DNA of 64,000 bases, from the IMG/VR virus record IMGVR_UViG_3300045988_154277; one strand, written 5' to 3'. Below the pieces are notes generated by a model that had not been told where the DNA came from, did no database searches, and saw only the letters and a program-made list of their open reading frames with translations. How positions within the stretch are numbered: position 1 is the stretch's first letter; each line of letters opens with the position of its first letter. Both the position numbers and the translations under genes were made by a program. This stretch comes from a virus. Shown one piece after another: positions 49,081 to 59,095 of the stretch.

Positions 49081-49089
49081 AGCCACAGA

Positions 49090-49300
49090 AAGGTATAAAT
49101 GAAAAGTCCTGGTTCCGTTTAGTAATGGAGTGACCGTATAGGCAGGCCCGAAAAGAGGCTATGTGATACGGTCAGTATCAGATCTCATTCACACGGTTTC
49201 CTTACGCTGAGCTGATACGTTTCTGGTGAACTACTCCTTACGGAGCTTCCTCGTATTACCGAGTACATCGACTTACGTCGATGGCCTGTTCCAGGCATTT
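49090..49300 (-). ncRNA. candidate omega/reRNA of TnpB (overlaps tnpB 3' end and right end)
   Basis: Stems GACCGTAT...ATACGGTC and GTATCAG...CTGATAC plus TTAC-loop hairpins lie immediately 3' of tnpB. This is the position expected for the guide RNA of TnpB systems. Confidence 0.3.
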
Positions 49301-50437
49301 ACGTGTGTTATTATCCCACCACATGTACGGATGGATATTGACTATAGATACAGGACCTTTGTACAATCCACTCGATTGTGCTCTTCCTAAGTGCAAGATG
49401 TTCAACGCAGCATTGATGTCTCGGTCTATCTCAAGACCACAATGTTCACATGTGAATGTTCTTACTTTTAGGGAGAGCTTCTCAGTGTGTTTTTCACCAC
49501 AGTACGCACAGGTCTGTGAAGTAAACATCGGATTCACAGGAACAAGATGATTTACCTTGTACTCTAGCATACTGATGAACTTACCAAGTTGTTGATTCCG
49601 TATCTCACGATTACGTCCAGTTGCTTTGGATTCAGACATCCTCTTAACCTTTAAGTCCTCTACGTACACTGTATCGTAACGACTGGACAGATCTTTAGAG
49701 ATCTTGTGAAGTTGGTCATTCGTTTTACGACTCTTCACTCTATACAGCTGTTTGATGACTTTAGTGAGATGTCTGTATCTATTTGATCTACGTTTGTGGT
49801 TGGTGTCCCTCCTTGCTTTTAGTTTATCTATTTGTTTATCATACCACTTCTGATGATTCGGTCCTCTGATCACTTGTTGATCAGATGTTGTTACCAAGTT
49901 AGCCGTTCCAAGATCGATACCCACATCAGTTGGCTGTCTAACTTTTACAGGGTTGTAATCTGTAGTGATGCTGACATACCAGTGATCTGAATAACAGATG
50001 GATATCATTTTAATAGCACCTTGGATAGGTCTATGTAGCACAATTGGTATTTCACCATATGCTTTGGTGATTAGCTTACGACCTCTAATCGAATATCCAT
50101 TTTGTGGATATGTGATGTTGAAGAAATTAGAACAACTTCTAAAACTAGGCGGATGGATCACTACCTTTTTGAAGAACGACTGGTATGAGTTATGTACTCT
50201 AATAGGTACTTGTTGTAACACTTGTGAGTGTATCTCGTACAACGTAGGATCCTGTCTCTTCAGTTCAACCAATTTAGAGTTGAGTCGATATTGGTTCAGA
50301 TACGATTTGTTGTTCGTATACTCAGTTTGTTCTGCTTGGATGAACTGGTTGTATATCCAGTTCAATCTGCAAGAGTGGTTCCATAGTTTCTTAACTTGCT
50401 GGTTAGAAGGTCGTATGCGAAACTTATAAGTTCGCAT
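49256..50437 (-). CDS. tnpB: TnpB (OrfB) RuvC-like RNA-guided endonuclease family
   Basis: GGAG SD. RuvC-I VGIDLGTANLV. Zinc finger CAYCG...CEHCG. RuvC-III DRDINAALNIL. 393 aa. Confidence 0.75.
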   Translation of the reverse strand: MRTYKFRIRPSNQQVKKLWNHSCRLNWIYNQFIQAEQTEYTNNKSYLNQYRLNSKLVELKRQDPTLYEIHSQVLQQVPIRVHNSYQSFFKKVVIHPPSFRSCSNFFNITYPQNGYSIRGRKLITKAYGEIPIVLHRPIQGAIKMISICYSDHWYVSITTDYNPVKVRQPTDVGIDLGTANLVTTSDQQVIRGPNHQKWYDKQIDKLKARRDTNHKRRSNRYRHLTKVIKQLYRVKSRKTNDQLHKISKDLSSRYDTVYVEDLKVKRMSESKATGRNREIRNQQLGKFISMLEYKVNHLVPVNPMFTSQTCAYCGEKHTEKLSLKVRTFTCEHCGLEIDRDINAALNILHLGRAQSSGLYKGPVSIVNIHPYMWWDNNTRKCLEQAIDVSRCTR

Positions 50438-50604
50438 GTAATTACTCCAACCTTTGGTTGTTGATGTAGTTATGTAACGTATCTATGGATACGTTACATG
50501 CTGTTACTAGAAAATAAGACGGTTGATCTTAAGATACGTGATCCGTAGTCTACATCTCTCCAATATGTAGAATCTAGAGCATTAAGATCCTTGCTATAGC
50601 AGGC

Positions 50605-51138
50605 TTAATTTGCCTTAACTTTGTCAATGACACGATTCAACTGATCTTCACTCGCCACGATGAACACATTCATCTGGATCGGTGCGTAAATCACCTTACC
50701 TTCACGAACAGCTTCAGACAACCACATCTCTCTGATGGGATTAGAATCTGTTGGCATCTGTTTTGGTTGTGGAACAATTTCAGGAACGATCGGTTCCGGT
50801 TTTACTTCCACTTTAGGTTCCTCTGTAACAACAGGTGTGGTAGTGATCGTTGGCTGTACAACAGATGTTGTTGGTTTTGCAACAGACTTGGCTGTACGAA
50901 CAAGTGACGTCTTCACTGAGTGAGGGATTTCACGTCCTTCACGAATGCTCTGCTCGATGATACCGATCTGAGTCCGCATCATTTCATCTTTGTATTTTTT
51001 CGTGTCTTTCCCTCTGCAAATGTCATTGCAGTACTTCTTGTCTCTATCAGCGTACTCGAAGGTTGCATTGCACGTGGCACAACGCTTAGGGTGAGCGTAA
51101 TAGAGGGCTTTCTTCTGTTTGAGAGTGAGTTCCGACAT
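50605..51138 (-). CDS. zinc-ribbon protein with Pro/Thr-rich linker
   Basis: CATCN...CNDIC near the N-terminus. Confidence 0.4.
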   Translation of the reverse strand: MSELTLKQKKALYYAHPKRCATCNATFEYADRDKKYCNDICRGKDTKKYKDEMMRTQIGIIEQSIREGREIPHSVKTSLVRTAKSVAKPTTSVVQPTITTTPVVTEEPKVEVKPEPIVPEIVPQPKQMPTDSNPIREMWLSEAVREGKVIYAPIQMNVFIVASEDQLNRVIDKVKAN

Positions 51139-51253
51139 AATGTAAAATCCTTTCGTTTTGGGTTGGTTTCATAAGATATTATCATCCGCAGTAATTTTTT
51201 ACAGAGAATATATCTAGGTAAGTAGGGAGAACCTACTTACCTAGATAACACGG

Positions 51254-52114
51254 TTAACAAACAGATCTGAACAGATACATCATTTCAACTCTATCTCCAG
51301 AGGAACTAGGCGACATAATCTCCGTACAGATCCCCGGATCTTTCAATCCGATCGTGCTGAACATACGCTGAACTTCTTCTTGGATCGACGACGCATCACA
51401 TGCGTCATCTACAACAACATGTATCGCGTTGGCGATTAGATCAACCATCGGTTTGTGGTCTTTTCCGTTCTTGCGAATGTACCCACTTAGATCCTGACCT
51501 TCAAGCGCCGCATATATCGGGAGCATCGAAGTGTATCGTTTCGCTTGGTTGAAAATATCAAACAAGGGATAGAAACACATACTCGGAGCTTTGATGACGG
51601 TTGTGTAGTCAATAATCCCTCTATCATAACTACAACGAGCGACCTCGATCACTATGTCTCGATAGGTCAGGATTGCCGTTCCTGTATCATATCCTCCATC
51701 CAAGCGCTCTGTGCGATCGTGCAACCGAACATACAGATGATTCGATATTTGTTCATATTGAGCCAACATCGATTGCTGTTGCTGAACCAAGCAAGGATCG
51801 TTGATGGACATGTTGTTGAACTTGTGAACCAGTCCAAACAAGTATCCGATGAACGCTTGCATACGGACATATCCATCAGTCGAGTCAAGAGTTGGGAGGT
51901 ACTTCTTTACAGTCTCTGTGAATATCGAACCGTTCGCCAGAGCGAGTATGCATTTACGGAACAAGTCCGGGTATGCAACATCTTCATGTGTGAACAGTTC
52001 CAAACCGAACGGCTGTAGGAACATCCCTTTGTCGTTGAATTCGACAATCATCTCGGTATCATCGAAGTTGTTATACAACGATGTTGGTACGATGAAGCTT
52101 TGTGTTGTAACCAC
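51254..52114 (-). CDS. hypothetical protein
   Basis: 286-aa ORF. Confidence 0.4.
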   Translation of the reverse strand: MVTTQSFIVPTSLYNNFDDTEMIVEFNDKGMFLQPFGLELFTHEDVAYPDLFRKCILALANGSIFTETVKKYLPTLDSTDGYVRMQAFIGYLFGLVHKFNNMSINDPCLVQQQQSMLAQYEQISNHLYVRLHDRTERLDGGYDTGTAILTYRDIVIEVARCSYDRGIIDYTTVIKAPSMCFYPLFDIFNQAKRYTSMLPIYAALEGQDLSGYIRKNGKDHKPMVDLIANAIHVVVDDACDASSIQEEVQRMFSTIGLKDPGICTEIMSPSSSGDRVEMMYLFRSVC

Positions 52115-52131
52115 TGTAACAGTCTCCTTTC

Positions 52132-52581
52132 TTAGACGACGAGGAAGTCGACTTTGTGGGCGACATGTGTTCTTCCACCTAGCGTGTTGATATCGCTATG
52201 TAGTTTCAGAGGGATGATCTTACCCTCGTAGTGAGAGAACTTCTCTTTCACAGCTTCGTTCCACTGAGGAGAAGTATCTGAAAGTTGAGTAAGCTTATTT
52301 GCGAAGTCAGAGAATGTCATCTCCATCGGAGTGCGTGTACTGCTGCTAAACAGAGACTCTATCCATCCCCTAACGAACTTCAGAAAAGCTTTCTCAAATG
52401 GATCCGTGTGAGAGGTTCCTATCGTACTTTTACATACAGATATGTCCATGCGGACATCGTGTGTTTCGATCATGCCACCCGCACGATTCGTTCTATACAG
52501 ATCGATCTCGATAGCTGGTCCACCATCCACAGCGAACACATCATGTTTGATCCAATCTTTGTAATCAACACATTCTTCCAT
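52132..52581 (-). CDS. hypothetical protein
   Basis: 149-aa ORF upstream-adjacent to the dUTPase gene. Confidence 0.4.
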   Translation of the reverse strand: MEECVDYKDWIKHDVFAVDGGPAIEIDLYRTNRAGGMIETHDVRMDISVCKSTIGTSHTDPFEKAFLKFVRGWIESLFSSSTRTPMEMTFSDFANKLTQLSDTSPQWNEAVKEKFSHYEGKIIPLKLHSDINTLGGRTHVAHKVDFLVV

Positions 52582-52584
52582 CGT

Positions 52585-53184
52585 TCACCTCCCTGTGGAT
52601 CCGAATCCTCCAGAACCTCTATCGGAATCTGTATCCAACGATTCAAACTCTTCTTTGTCGACAGAGATCAAATGAGTGATCGGTTGATAGAGGAACACCA
52701 ACTGGGCGATACGATCTCCACGTTTGATCTGATAAGGTTCTTGTTTCGTATTGAACATGATCACACAGATCTCTCCTTTGTACGACTGATCGATCGTACC
52801 AGGGCTGTTCAGAACGAAAAGACCTTGTTTCAGAGCAAGTCCTGATCTGGATCTCACATCTGCCAGCATGTGATACTGAACGATATCTAGTCCCATAGAA
52901 CGATCGACCTTGGGATGCATACAGATGTGTACCCCAGTATGCACAAGTGTTACACTCATCGGAGCAAGGGTGATATCCTCTTTACTTCGCAGATCATATC
53001 CAGCATCATCATCGTGAGCTTTCGATGGGATGAGATCCTCACAACCTTCATCCATTAAAAGGTGTACATTCTGGGAGATGTGATATGAACACTGTGGCTC
53101 ATTCCAATTGACTGTTATGAGATTGTCGGCTTCCGATGGATATGTCATCTCATTAAAATTTGGCTGTTTGGGTTCTTCAGACAT
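52585..53184 (-). CDS. dut: dUTP diphosphatase
   Basis: All five dUTPase motifs are present: AGYDL, RSGLALK, GTIDQSYKGEI, RGDRIAQLV, RGSGGFGSTG. Confidence 0.8.
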   Translation of the reverse strand: MSEEPKQPNFNEMTYPSEADNLITVNWNEPQCSYHISQNVHLLMDEGCEDLIPSKAHDDDAGYDLRSKEDITLAPMSVTLVHTGVHICMHPKVDRSMGLDIVQYHMLADVRSRSGLALKQGLFVLNSPGTIDQSYKGEICVIMFNTKQEPYQIKRGDRIAQLVFLYQPITHLISVDKEEFESLDTDSDRGSGGFGSTGR

Positions 53185-53249
53185 AGTAACTCTCCTGTAA
53201 ATATAGATGTAAGGGTGGAGTATACTCCACCCTTACAGAGGTTTATCGG

Positions 53250-53840
53250 TTAGAAATAATCGTCAGATGCAGCAGCTCCACCATTGGAACCACCGTTGTT
53301 ACGAGCTCCACCACTGGAGCCTCCACCATTCTGTTCTCTCCGTTTGTTGGTAAGAACCATCTGGAGAGGAACGGTCGTGTTCAACCAGTTGCGCAGATCA
53401 TCGATACCGTAGAACGACGCATCCGCTTCGCTGATGTTGTCAGACCCGAAGGACACACCATAAGCTCCACGGATCGGAGCATCGTAACGATTGCCTTTCC
53501 AGTTCACGATGATGTGGTAAACCAGTTTCTCATCCTTTTGAAGTTCGATACCCCATTCCGGAACTTGTTTCTTCTGTTCGTTGTCCCAGCGGGAGAAGAT
53601 GATGGGATCTTTGGTACCGGGGGATTTGGAGATCAACGAGTTGATGTGATCCCACAAGATCCGTTGACGGATCGGGTTGAGCGTCTGACTCCAGAACGCT
53701 TTCCACTCTCCCGTCTTGTTGACTCCGATCCGAAGGGAACCACCGAACACGCTGAACGAGATTTCTTCCGTTCCCGTTGCGCATTTGAACTTACGATCCG
53801 CATAACGCAGATCACCGAGACCATACGGTACGTTAGCCAT
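53250..53840 (-). CDS. possible ssDNA-binding protein (Gly-rich linker and acidic aromatic C-terminus)
   Basis: The C-terminal tail GGGSSGGARNNGGSNGGAAASDDYF resembles the flexible tail and acidic tip of SSB or gp2.5. The N-terminal fold was not recognised. Confidence 0.3.
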   Translation of the reverse strand: MANVPYGLGDLRYADRKFKCATGTEEISFSVFGGSLRIGVNKTGEWKAFWSQTLNPIRQRILWDHINSLISKSPGTKDPIIFSRWDNEQKKQVPEWGIELQKDEKLVYHIIVNWKGNRYDAPIRGAYGVSFGSDNISEADASFYGIDDLRNWLNTTVPLQMVLTNKRREQNGGGSSGGARNNGGSNGGAAASDDYF

Positions 53841-53870
53841 ACTTGTAACTCCTATGTGTTGTGATGGGTG

Positions 53871-54749
53871 TTATTTACTTGTGATTTGGAAAGGAACCCT
53901 TACTCCGATCTCATGTAACCGTTCTTTGGTCCACTGTGGAGTATGGATATTCCAATGTTCGTGGGTGGCTACTTCGATCAACTTCTTCTTGACACCTGGG
54001 GAGATCGAGGATTTAATATCCACACTATCTCCCAACACAGCGTGTGTGTAAATGTTGAAGGGAAGGACATCCGTACCGAACACCTTATGGTTCAAGTCCT
54101 CTGGTTTTAAAACATGACCAGTGAAACTTTGAACCAACCGATAGTGTGATGTTGACTTACAGATGTGATAATCCAAAGGATGACTGGTCACATGAGTGAT
54201 CCTGTGGTTGTTCTTGATGTATCCCAACTCGATATCCAGAAGCTTATGTGGGAACTCACCATTCAAGATCGGGATCTCGATCAGGGTGATGTTCCTCACT
54301 TTGGTTACCGAACGTTTGGGCGTCATCGACGAGATCAACAACTGTTCTGCTGTTGTCAACACACGTTTCCCAGGTGTTGGTACACGGTACGACGTCGACG
54401 GGATCGTCTTCTGATAATCACAGAAGTAAGCGATCAACGTCGGGTTTAAGATACTCTTGTTCGCATCGAACATCTCCACGATATCATTCAGTAACATGGA
54501 GATCTCCGCTTTGGTGCGATTCAACAACGACATGGAAGGACGATCGGTCTCCTTACCCAGTCGTTTTTCTGCTCGAACCATCTCCGAGATCTTCTCTGTC
54601 TGTGCACAGTTACGGATGATGGTTGCGACATTGAACATCACGATCTCCGCAGGACTGTCTCGCCTTATGATCTCATCGATCAACGAGTTGTACATGGGAG
54701 TCGTCCCATACGAGTATTTTGAATTCTCGAGATCAATTGGCTGTATCAT
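53871..54749 (-). CDS. hypothetical protein
   Basis: 292-aa ORF. Confidence 0.4.
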   Translation of the reverse strand: MIQPIDLENSKYSYGTTPMYNSLIDEIIRRDSPAEIVMFNVATIIRNCAQTEKISEMVRAEKRLGKETDRPSMSLLNRTKAEISMLLNDIVEMFDANKSILNPTLIAYFCDYQKTIPSTSYRVPTPGKRVLTTAEQLLISSMTPKRSVTKVRNITLIEIPILNGEFPHKLLDIELGYIKNNHRITHVTSHPLDYHICKSTSHYRLVQSFTGHVLKPEDLNHKVFGTDVLPFNIYTHAVLGDSVDIKSSISPGVKKKLIEVATHEHWNIHTPQWTKERLHEIGVRVPFQITSK

Positions 54750-55872
54750 CGAGGATCTCCTTGATTTCTTGTTCTGTCAACGGTGTATCCGTTCCTTTCA
54801 GACTCTCTGCTATCATAGAGGGTAAATTGTCCTCTGTGATCACAGGTAGTTCATCTAGTACTTGAACCAGTTCTTCCGTATTAACATCTTGAGTGACGGT
54901 TGACTTCTTGGTCACAACAACATTGTGGAAGTTGTCTTTCACATAGGCTGCGACGAAGTCACTGTTCCCTGCGATCCTTAAGAAGATCTTAAGATCAGGG
55001 TCTTTCCTTTGTTCACGGATCTTATCAACAACAGACCCGATCCTTATCAGTGCATCCTCAACATTGAACGTGGTGTCCAAGTCTACGGTTACGAACGGGA
55101 TCGCATCTTCGTTGATAACAAATGTATACTGTATCTTGTGAGTAGTTGGAGTATAGGTGAGGAGGAAGTATCCTTTATCCTCTTCTTCTCCGTGTTGTAG
55201 TCTCTCAAAACTTCCCCCATTGAACACTTTCTTGTACACATTGGGTATATGCACATGTCCATTCAAGATCGCACCTTGGATATAAGGTTCAATCCTGTTG
55301 TAGATCAGTGTGTTGTGTGGTAACTGAGTCAATCCCTTCGGTAGGAGATGTTCCCAGTACCCATGGGAGAATAAGAAGTCTACTTTCTTCAACTTGTGTG
55401 CTTCGATTACATCGATCACCGCTTGTGTGACATCCTGATAAGGTTGATCATCCGGACAATACACAACCGAGATTTTCAGATCTTCGAACAGTTCCAATTC
55501 GATGTTGTCGATCACTCGAACCAAGGGTTTGTTGTGTAACATCAGAGGGTTCCTGTAGTTCTTCGTCAGAAACAGCCTGTTCTGGTAACGGTCGTGAGAG
55601 AACGTACCTCTCACGACCCTGATGTAAAACTGATAACGCTCGGCGTATTGAATCAACTCATCTACGATCAATGCGGCATATATGCCATCGTCACTGTTCA
55701 AGTTGCACAGTCTGTCAAAGAAATCACCTACGATCGCTAGGATCTGTATCTCTTCTAATTTGGGATATACATACTTCACAAGATGTTCGTGTACCATGTG
55801 TGGTGGTACATTGGGTCGACCGATATGGAGATCAGTCAATTCCAATATCTTAACATCAGAGTGGTTCGACAT
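54733..55872 (-). CDS. Mre11/SbcD-family nuclease
   Basis: Phosphoesterase motifs I LTDLHIG, II IVGDFFDR, IV FSHGYWEH, V LNGHVHIPN. Confidence 0.6.
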   Translation of the reverse strand: MSNHSDVKILELTDLHIGRPNVPPHMVHEHLVKYVYPKLEEIQILAIVGDFFDRLCNLNSDDGIYAALIVDELIQYAERYQFYIRVVRGTFSHDRYQNRLFLTKNYRNPLMLHNKPLVRVIDNIELELFEDLKISVVYCPDDQPYQDVTQAVIDVIEAHKLKKVDFLFSHGYWEHLLPKGLTQLPHNTLIYNRIEPYIQGAILNGHVHIPNVYKKVFNGGSFERLQHGEEEDKGYFLLTYTPTTHKIQYTFVINEDAIPFVTVDLDTTFNVEDALIRIGSVVDKIREQRKDPDLKIFLRIAGNSDFVAAYVKDNFHNVVVTKKSTVTQDVNTEELVQVLDELPVITEDNLPSMIAESLKGTDTPLTEQEIKEILDDTAN

Positions 55873-56497
55873 CTACATCCTCTATATTCGTGCGTATCTG
55901 TTCTGTATGGGATGTAGCACCATCCGTTGTGTTAGAAATAACACGGTTCGGATCTCGAATCGCACCTTGACGTTTCAATGTGTTCGTCATCCGTTCGGCT
56001 TGATGACGAGCTTCATTGAGCTGACTCTCTGGGTTCGCCATACGGATCGCGCGTTCAAAGTACGAACCCCACATGATCTTCTTCCTGTCGAACTCATCAG
56101 GAAGTTTACACGCGTTGGCGAATGCCGTAGCGATATCACTTCCTTCTTTCACAACATTCACAGGATTGATCCTGTTGAACATCGGAGGGATCTCTAGAAC
56201 GATCTCGTTGGTATCATCCTCTTTGATCCTTACAGGGTCGAAGTTGGAGAACCGGTTCATCCACTCGATACAGAGTTCGTTGAATCGTTCATCTCCGATC
56301 TCATCTCTTCCTGTTAAACGGAAGATCGGTTCGTACTGACGGAACTCTGAAAGATAGATCGTGTTACGGGCTAACTTCGCTTCCCGTAATACCTCGAATG
56401 CTTTCTGAGCTTCTTCATCATCTTCATTCATCCGCTCCACTCGGATGTGTAAGTCTTCATCCGGTACAGATACGAATGGCTGGTTATCAATATCCAT
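55856..56497 (-). CDS. hypothetical protein
   Basis: 213-aa ORF. Confidence 0.4.
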   Translation of the reverse strand: MDIDNQPFVSVPDEDLHIRVERMNEDDEEAQKAFEVLREAKLARNTIYLSEFRQYEPIFRLTGRDEIGDERFNELCIEWMNRFSNFDPVRIKEDDTNEIVLEIPPMFNRINPVNVVKEGSDIATAFANACKLPDEFDRKKIMWGSYFERAIRMANPESQLNEARHQAERMTNTLKRQGAIRDPNRVISNTTDGATSHTEQIRTNIEDVDVEPL

Positions 56498-56894
56498 GAG
56501 TATCGATCTCCTTTAAATCAGATTTCAACAGGATTTCACCATCTCTCACCACAACGTCATCCATATTGATCACGGGGACGTTCATCCCATCTGCGATGCG
56601 GATGATCAGAGTGTAAGTGTTCACACCTACCTGTTCGTAACTGACGTTCGCTTGCCAGTCTGCGTGGTAACGCTTCACAGCCGCATCCAAATAACGTTGT
56701 AATGCCTGTGGAAAGTCGGGCACATCTTGTGTGTATTGAGCCCTGATCTTTCGCATGGATACGAGAGTATCTTCGATCTGGCTGGAGGTCCAACCAGGGT
56801 TCCATATCGCAAACTTCAACAGGGATGCCATGATCTGGCTGTCATCCGTGATGATCGGTTGATTGATATTCAATGTAGGTAATGCGTAAGGCAT
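56487..56894 (-). CDS. hypothetical protein
   Basis: 135-aa ORF. Confidence 0.4.
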   Translation of the reverse strand: MPYALPTLNINQPIITDDSQIMASLLKFAIWNPGWTSSQIEDTLVSMRKIRAQYTQDVPDFPQALQRYLDAAVKRYHADWQANVSYEQVGVNTYTLIIRIADGMNVPVINMDDVVVRDGEILLKSDLKEIDTHGY

Positions 56895-57013
56895 GATAAT
56901 AGTCTCCTTCTGTATCGGATGGTCAGTAGTTCACAGAATCTATATCGACTCCATCCTATGTCAAAAGATGTACAGTATACCAAGGATATTAACCCTTATA
57001 AAAGGATATCACC

Positions 57014-58060
57014 ATGAAGACTGATTTTCCATACAAGGCTCAACTGGAGAAGATCGGCGATCACTCCATCGAAGAACTGATGCACCTGCAGCTTGCACAG
57101 CAGATCGAATCGGATACCACTCAGCTGGATGAACTGGATGCTCATCTGGATGAAGTGACATATCTGTACGGACTGCGAGATGCGGTGCTCCTGAAAGGTG
57201 TCACACCTGCGATCTTCCAAGACTACCAGGAACACATGTGGTCGAAGTACGAGTTCGATCTGGAACCGTTCGTCAACGGCAGCAACGAACAACTGACCTA
57301 CTGCATGGAAGGACTGGGTTCGATCATCACCAGGATCCTGCTCAAGATCAAAGAGATCATCACAGCTGTGATGGAGTGGTTCTCTACAGAATCGATCTTC
57401 AAGACCTGGTTCAACAATATGTCGTTCTACAAACGTCAACTCAATATCCTCTACAGCGAGTATAATCCGAAACGTGACAGAGTAATAAGAGATGTCTATG
57501 GAAGACAGTTCATCTCTGGATACGACTACGGGACCTATACACGACTGTTGTCGGCGATGAGTGTGTTCATCACACACATCAAAAAGATCAATGTTCCTGC
57601 TGACATATCCAAATTTGGAGACACCGCATCTGTAGATGAGCTGAACGATAAGCTGTATCAGTGCGGTTATATACTTGACGAAACACACATCTATGCGACT
57701 GGAGCAATCACCTATCGTAGAGATACGATCCTGGCGATGGGATGGACCGTCAACTCTGTATTCAAGAAATACAACGATCTTCAGAATTACATCTTCAAAC
57801 ACGATCTTGATCTGGGTAAGCTGAAATACGCACTTACCCGTGCCACGATCCAGTGGTCACGGAATATCGATGATCTGCTGAAGAACAAAGTTCCGATGAC
57901 AGATGCTCAACTCCAGAATGCGCAGATGATGAAGATCAGCTGTGTACTCCTGAAACGACTGACACGATTGGTAATGCAGCAAAGCTCTGGCATGGCTGCA
58001 CAGTGGTGCCGGATGGTACGACTGATCGATGCAGCATTGCCTGCGAACACCAATTATTGA
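57014..58060 (+). CDS. hypothetical protein (lone plus-strand gene)
   Basis: AAGGA SD 8 nt before the ATG. Hairpins on both sides. The antisense 268-aa ORF is a shadow. Confidence 0.45.
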   Translation: MKTDFPYKAQLEKIGDHSIEELMHLQLAQQIESDTTQLDELDAHLDEVTYLYGLRDAVLLKGVTPAIFQDYQEHMWSKYEFDLEPFVNGSNEQLTYCMEGLGSIITRILLKIKEIITAVMEWFSTESIFKTWFNNMSFYKRQLNILYSEYNPKRDRVIRDVYGRQFISGYDYGTYTRLLSAMSVFITHIKKINVPADISKFGDTASVDELNDKLYQCGYILDETHIYATGAITYRRDTILAMGWTVNSVFKKYNDLQNYIFKHDLDLGKLKYALTRATIQWSRNIDDLLKNKVPMTDAQLQNAQMMKISCVLLKRLTRLVMQQSSGMAAQWCRMVRLIDAALPANTNY

Positions 58061-58073
58061 ACAAAAGAAAAGG

Positions 58074-58108
58074 TTCCCTATACGGAGGATCAACCTCCGT
58101 ATAGGGAA
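58074..58108. terminator. bidirectional hairpin terminator
   Basis: TTCCCTATACGGAGGATCAACCTCCGTATAGGGAA. Confidence 0.5.
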
Positions 58109-58115
58109 CACTTAT

Positions 58116-58778
58116 TTATCGACGTTTCTTACGACGTAACTGACCGATCTTGTTCGAAGGATCGGTGGGATCTCGCATCTCACCACCTTCACGCATCTGA
58201 TCTCTCAGATACTTCTCGACCCAATCACGGGTCGCTTCGATCGCATCAAGTTCATCGAAGGTAAGGTTCGGGTCCGTGGTCACCCACTCTTCCACCATGT
58301 AGTCGGGGATCTTCCCATCTGCATAGAAGTTCTTGTTGAGTGTCACTTTGCCGTTGTCGATCAGACGTCCGAAGACATCCTCTTGTGGAAGGTTCTCTTT
58401 GCAGAACCCATATCCGTAGATCCGATCTTGCTCGAACAGTTCCCGGATGGGTTGATACATCAATATCGGCAGCTGCATCGATACTGGTGTATTATACAGT
58501 TGCTCTTCGCTGGTGATCGCTTGGATCTGGAGAGGGTTCGATACAGCAAGAGAAGTCTGCTGGACCATCATGTTCGTATCAACCAGTTGCGTCTGAACCA
58601 ACGTCATCAGGTTGTTGAACCGATCTGCCAGGGGATCTCCTGCCTGTCCGAAGATCACTCCGTTCTGGTTCCCATACTGGTGGTTGAGATAACTCAGTAC
58701 ATCCGAAGTTGCACTGGTTCCCAACAGAGAACCCAAAGACGGGGTGATCAACGCTTCTGCTAGTGGTGCGATATACAT
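58116..58778 (-). CDS. hypothetical protein
   Basis: 220-aa ORF next to the ACP gene. Confidence 0.4.
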   Translation of the reverse strand: MYIAPLAEALITPSLGSLLGTSATSDVLSYLNHQYGNQNGVIFGQAGDPLADRFNNLMTLVQTQLVDTNMMVQQTSLAVSNPLQIQAITSEEQLYNTPVSMQLPILMYQPIRELFEQDRIYGYGFCKENLPQEDVFGRLIDNGKVTLNKNFYADGKIPDYMVEEWVTTDPNLTFDELDAIEATRDWVEKYLRDQMREGGEMRDPTDPSNKIGQLRRKKRR

Positions 58779-58786
58779 AAGTCACC

Positions 58787-59086
58787 TCACTTGGAGGCTT
58801 CTTCTGCATCACTTCCAGACGCGGACACCTCTTCTGATTCTGCGGGATTGAGAACACGATCCATCAGATCCACGACATCCTTCACGGTGACACACTTCTC
58901 AGCATCTTCATCCGTGATGTTGACATTGTACTCTTCTTCGAAGGACATCAGAACTTCGACTTTGTCGAGGCTGTCCATCGTCAGATCTTCCAAGGTCATA
59001 TCCTCGGTGATCGGATCATCTTGATCGTAAGCCACCTGTTCTGAGATGACTTCGATTACTTTCTGTTTGACTTCTTCACGAGTCAT
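58787..59086 (-). CDS. acpP: acyl carrier protein
   Basis: Phosphopantetheine-attachment motif DLTMDSLDKVEVLMSFEEEY (consensus DLGADSLDxVELVMALEEEF). Acidic, 99 aa. Confidence 0.7.
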   Translation of the reverse strand: MTREEVKQKVIEVISEQVAYDQDDPITEDMTLEDLTMDSLDKVEVLMSFEEEYNVNITDEDAEKCVTVKDVVDLMDRVLNPAESEEVSASGSDAEEASK

Positions 59087-59095
59087 TCCATTCTC

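Larger units (their letters stand above)
49090..50510 (-). mobile_element. TnpB-only IS200/IS605-family element (IS1341-like); boundaries approximate
   Basis: Left subterminal hairpin TGTAACGTATCTATGGATACGTTACA at 50473-50498. TTAC-loop hairpins CATCGACTTACGTCGATG at 49268-49285 and CTCCTTACGGAG at about 49239-49250. About 170 nt of structured non-coding DNA lies 3' of tnpB. No tnpA. Confidence 0.6.

Noticed and set aside
56996-57802. 268-aa minus-strand ORF
   Set aside because: It is antisense to the plus-strand gene 57014..58060. That gene has a proper SD and flanking terminators, and the minus ORF has neither.
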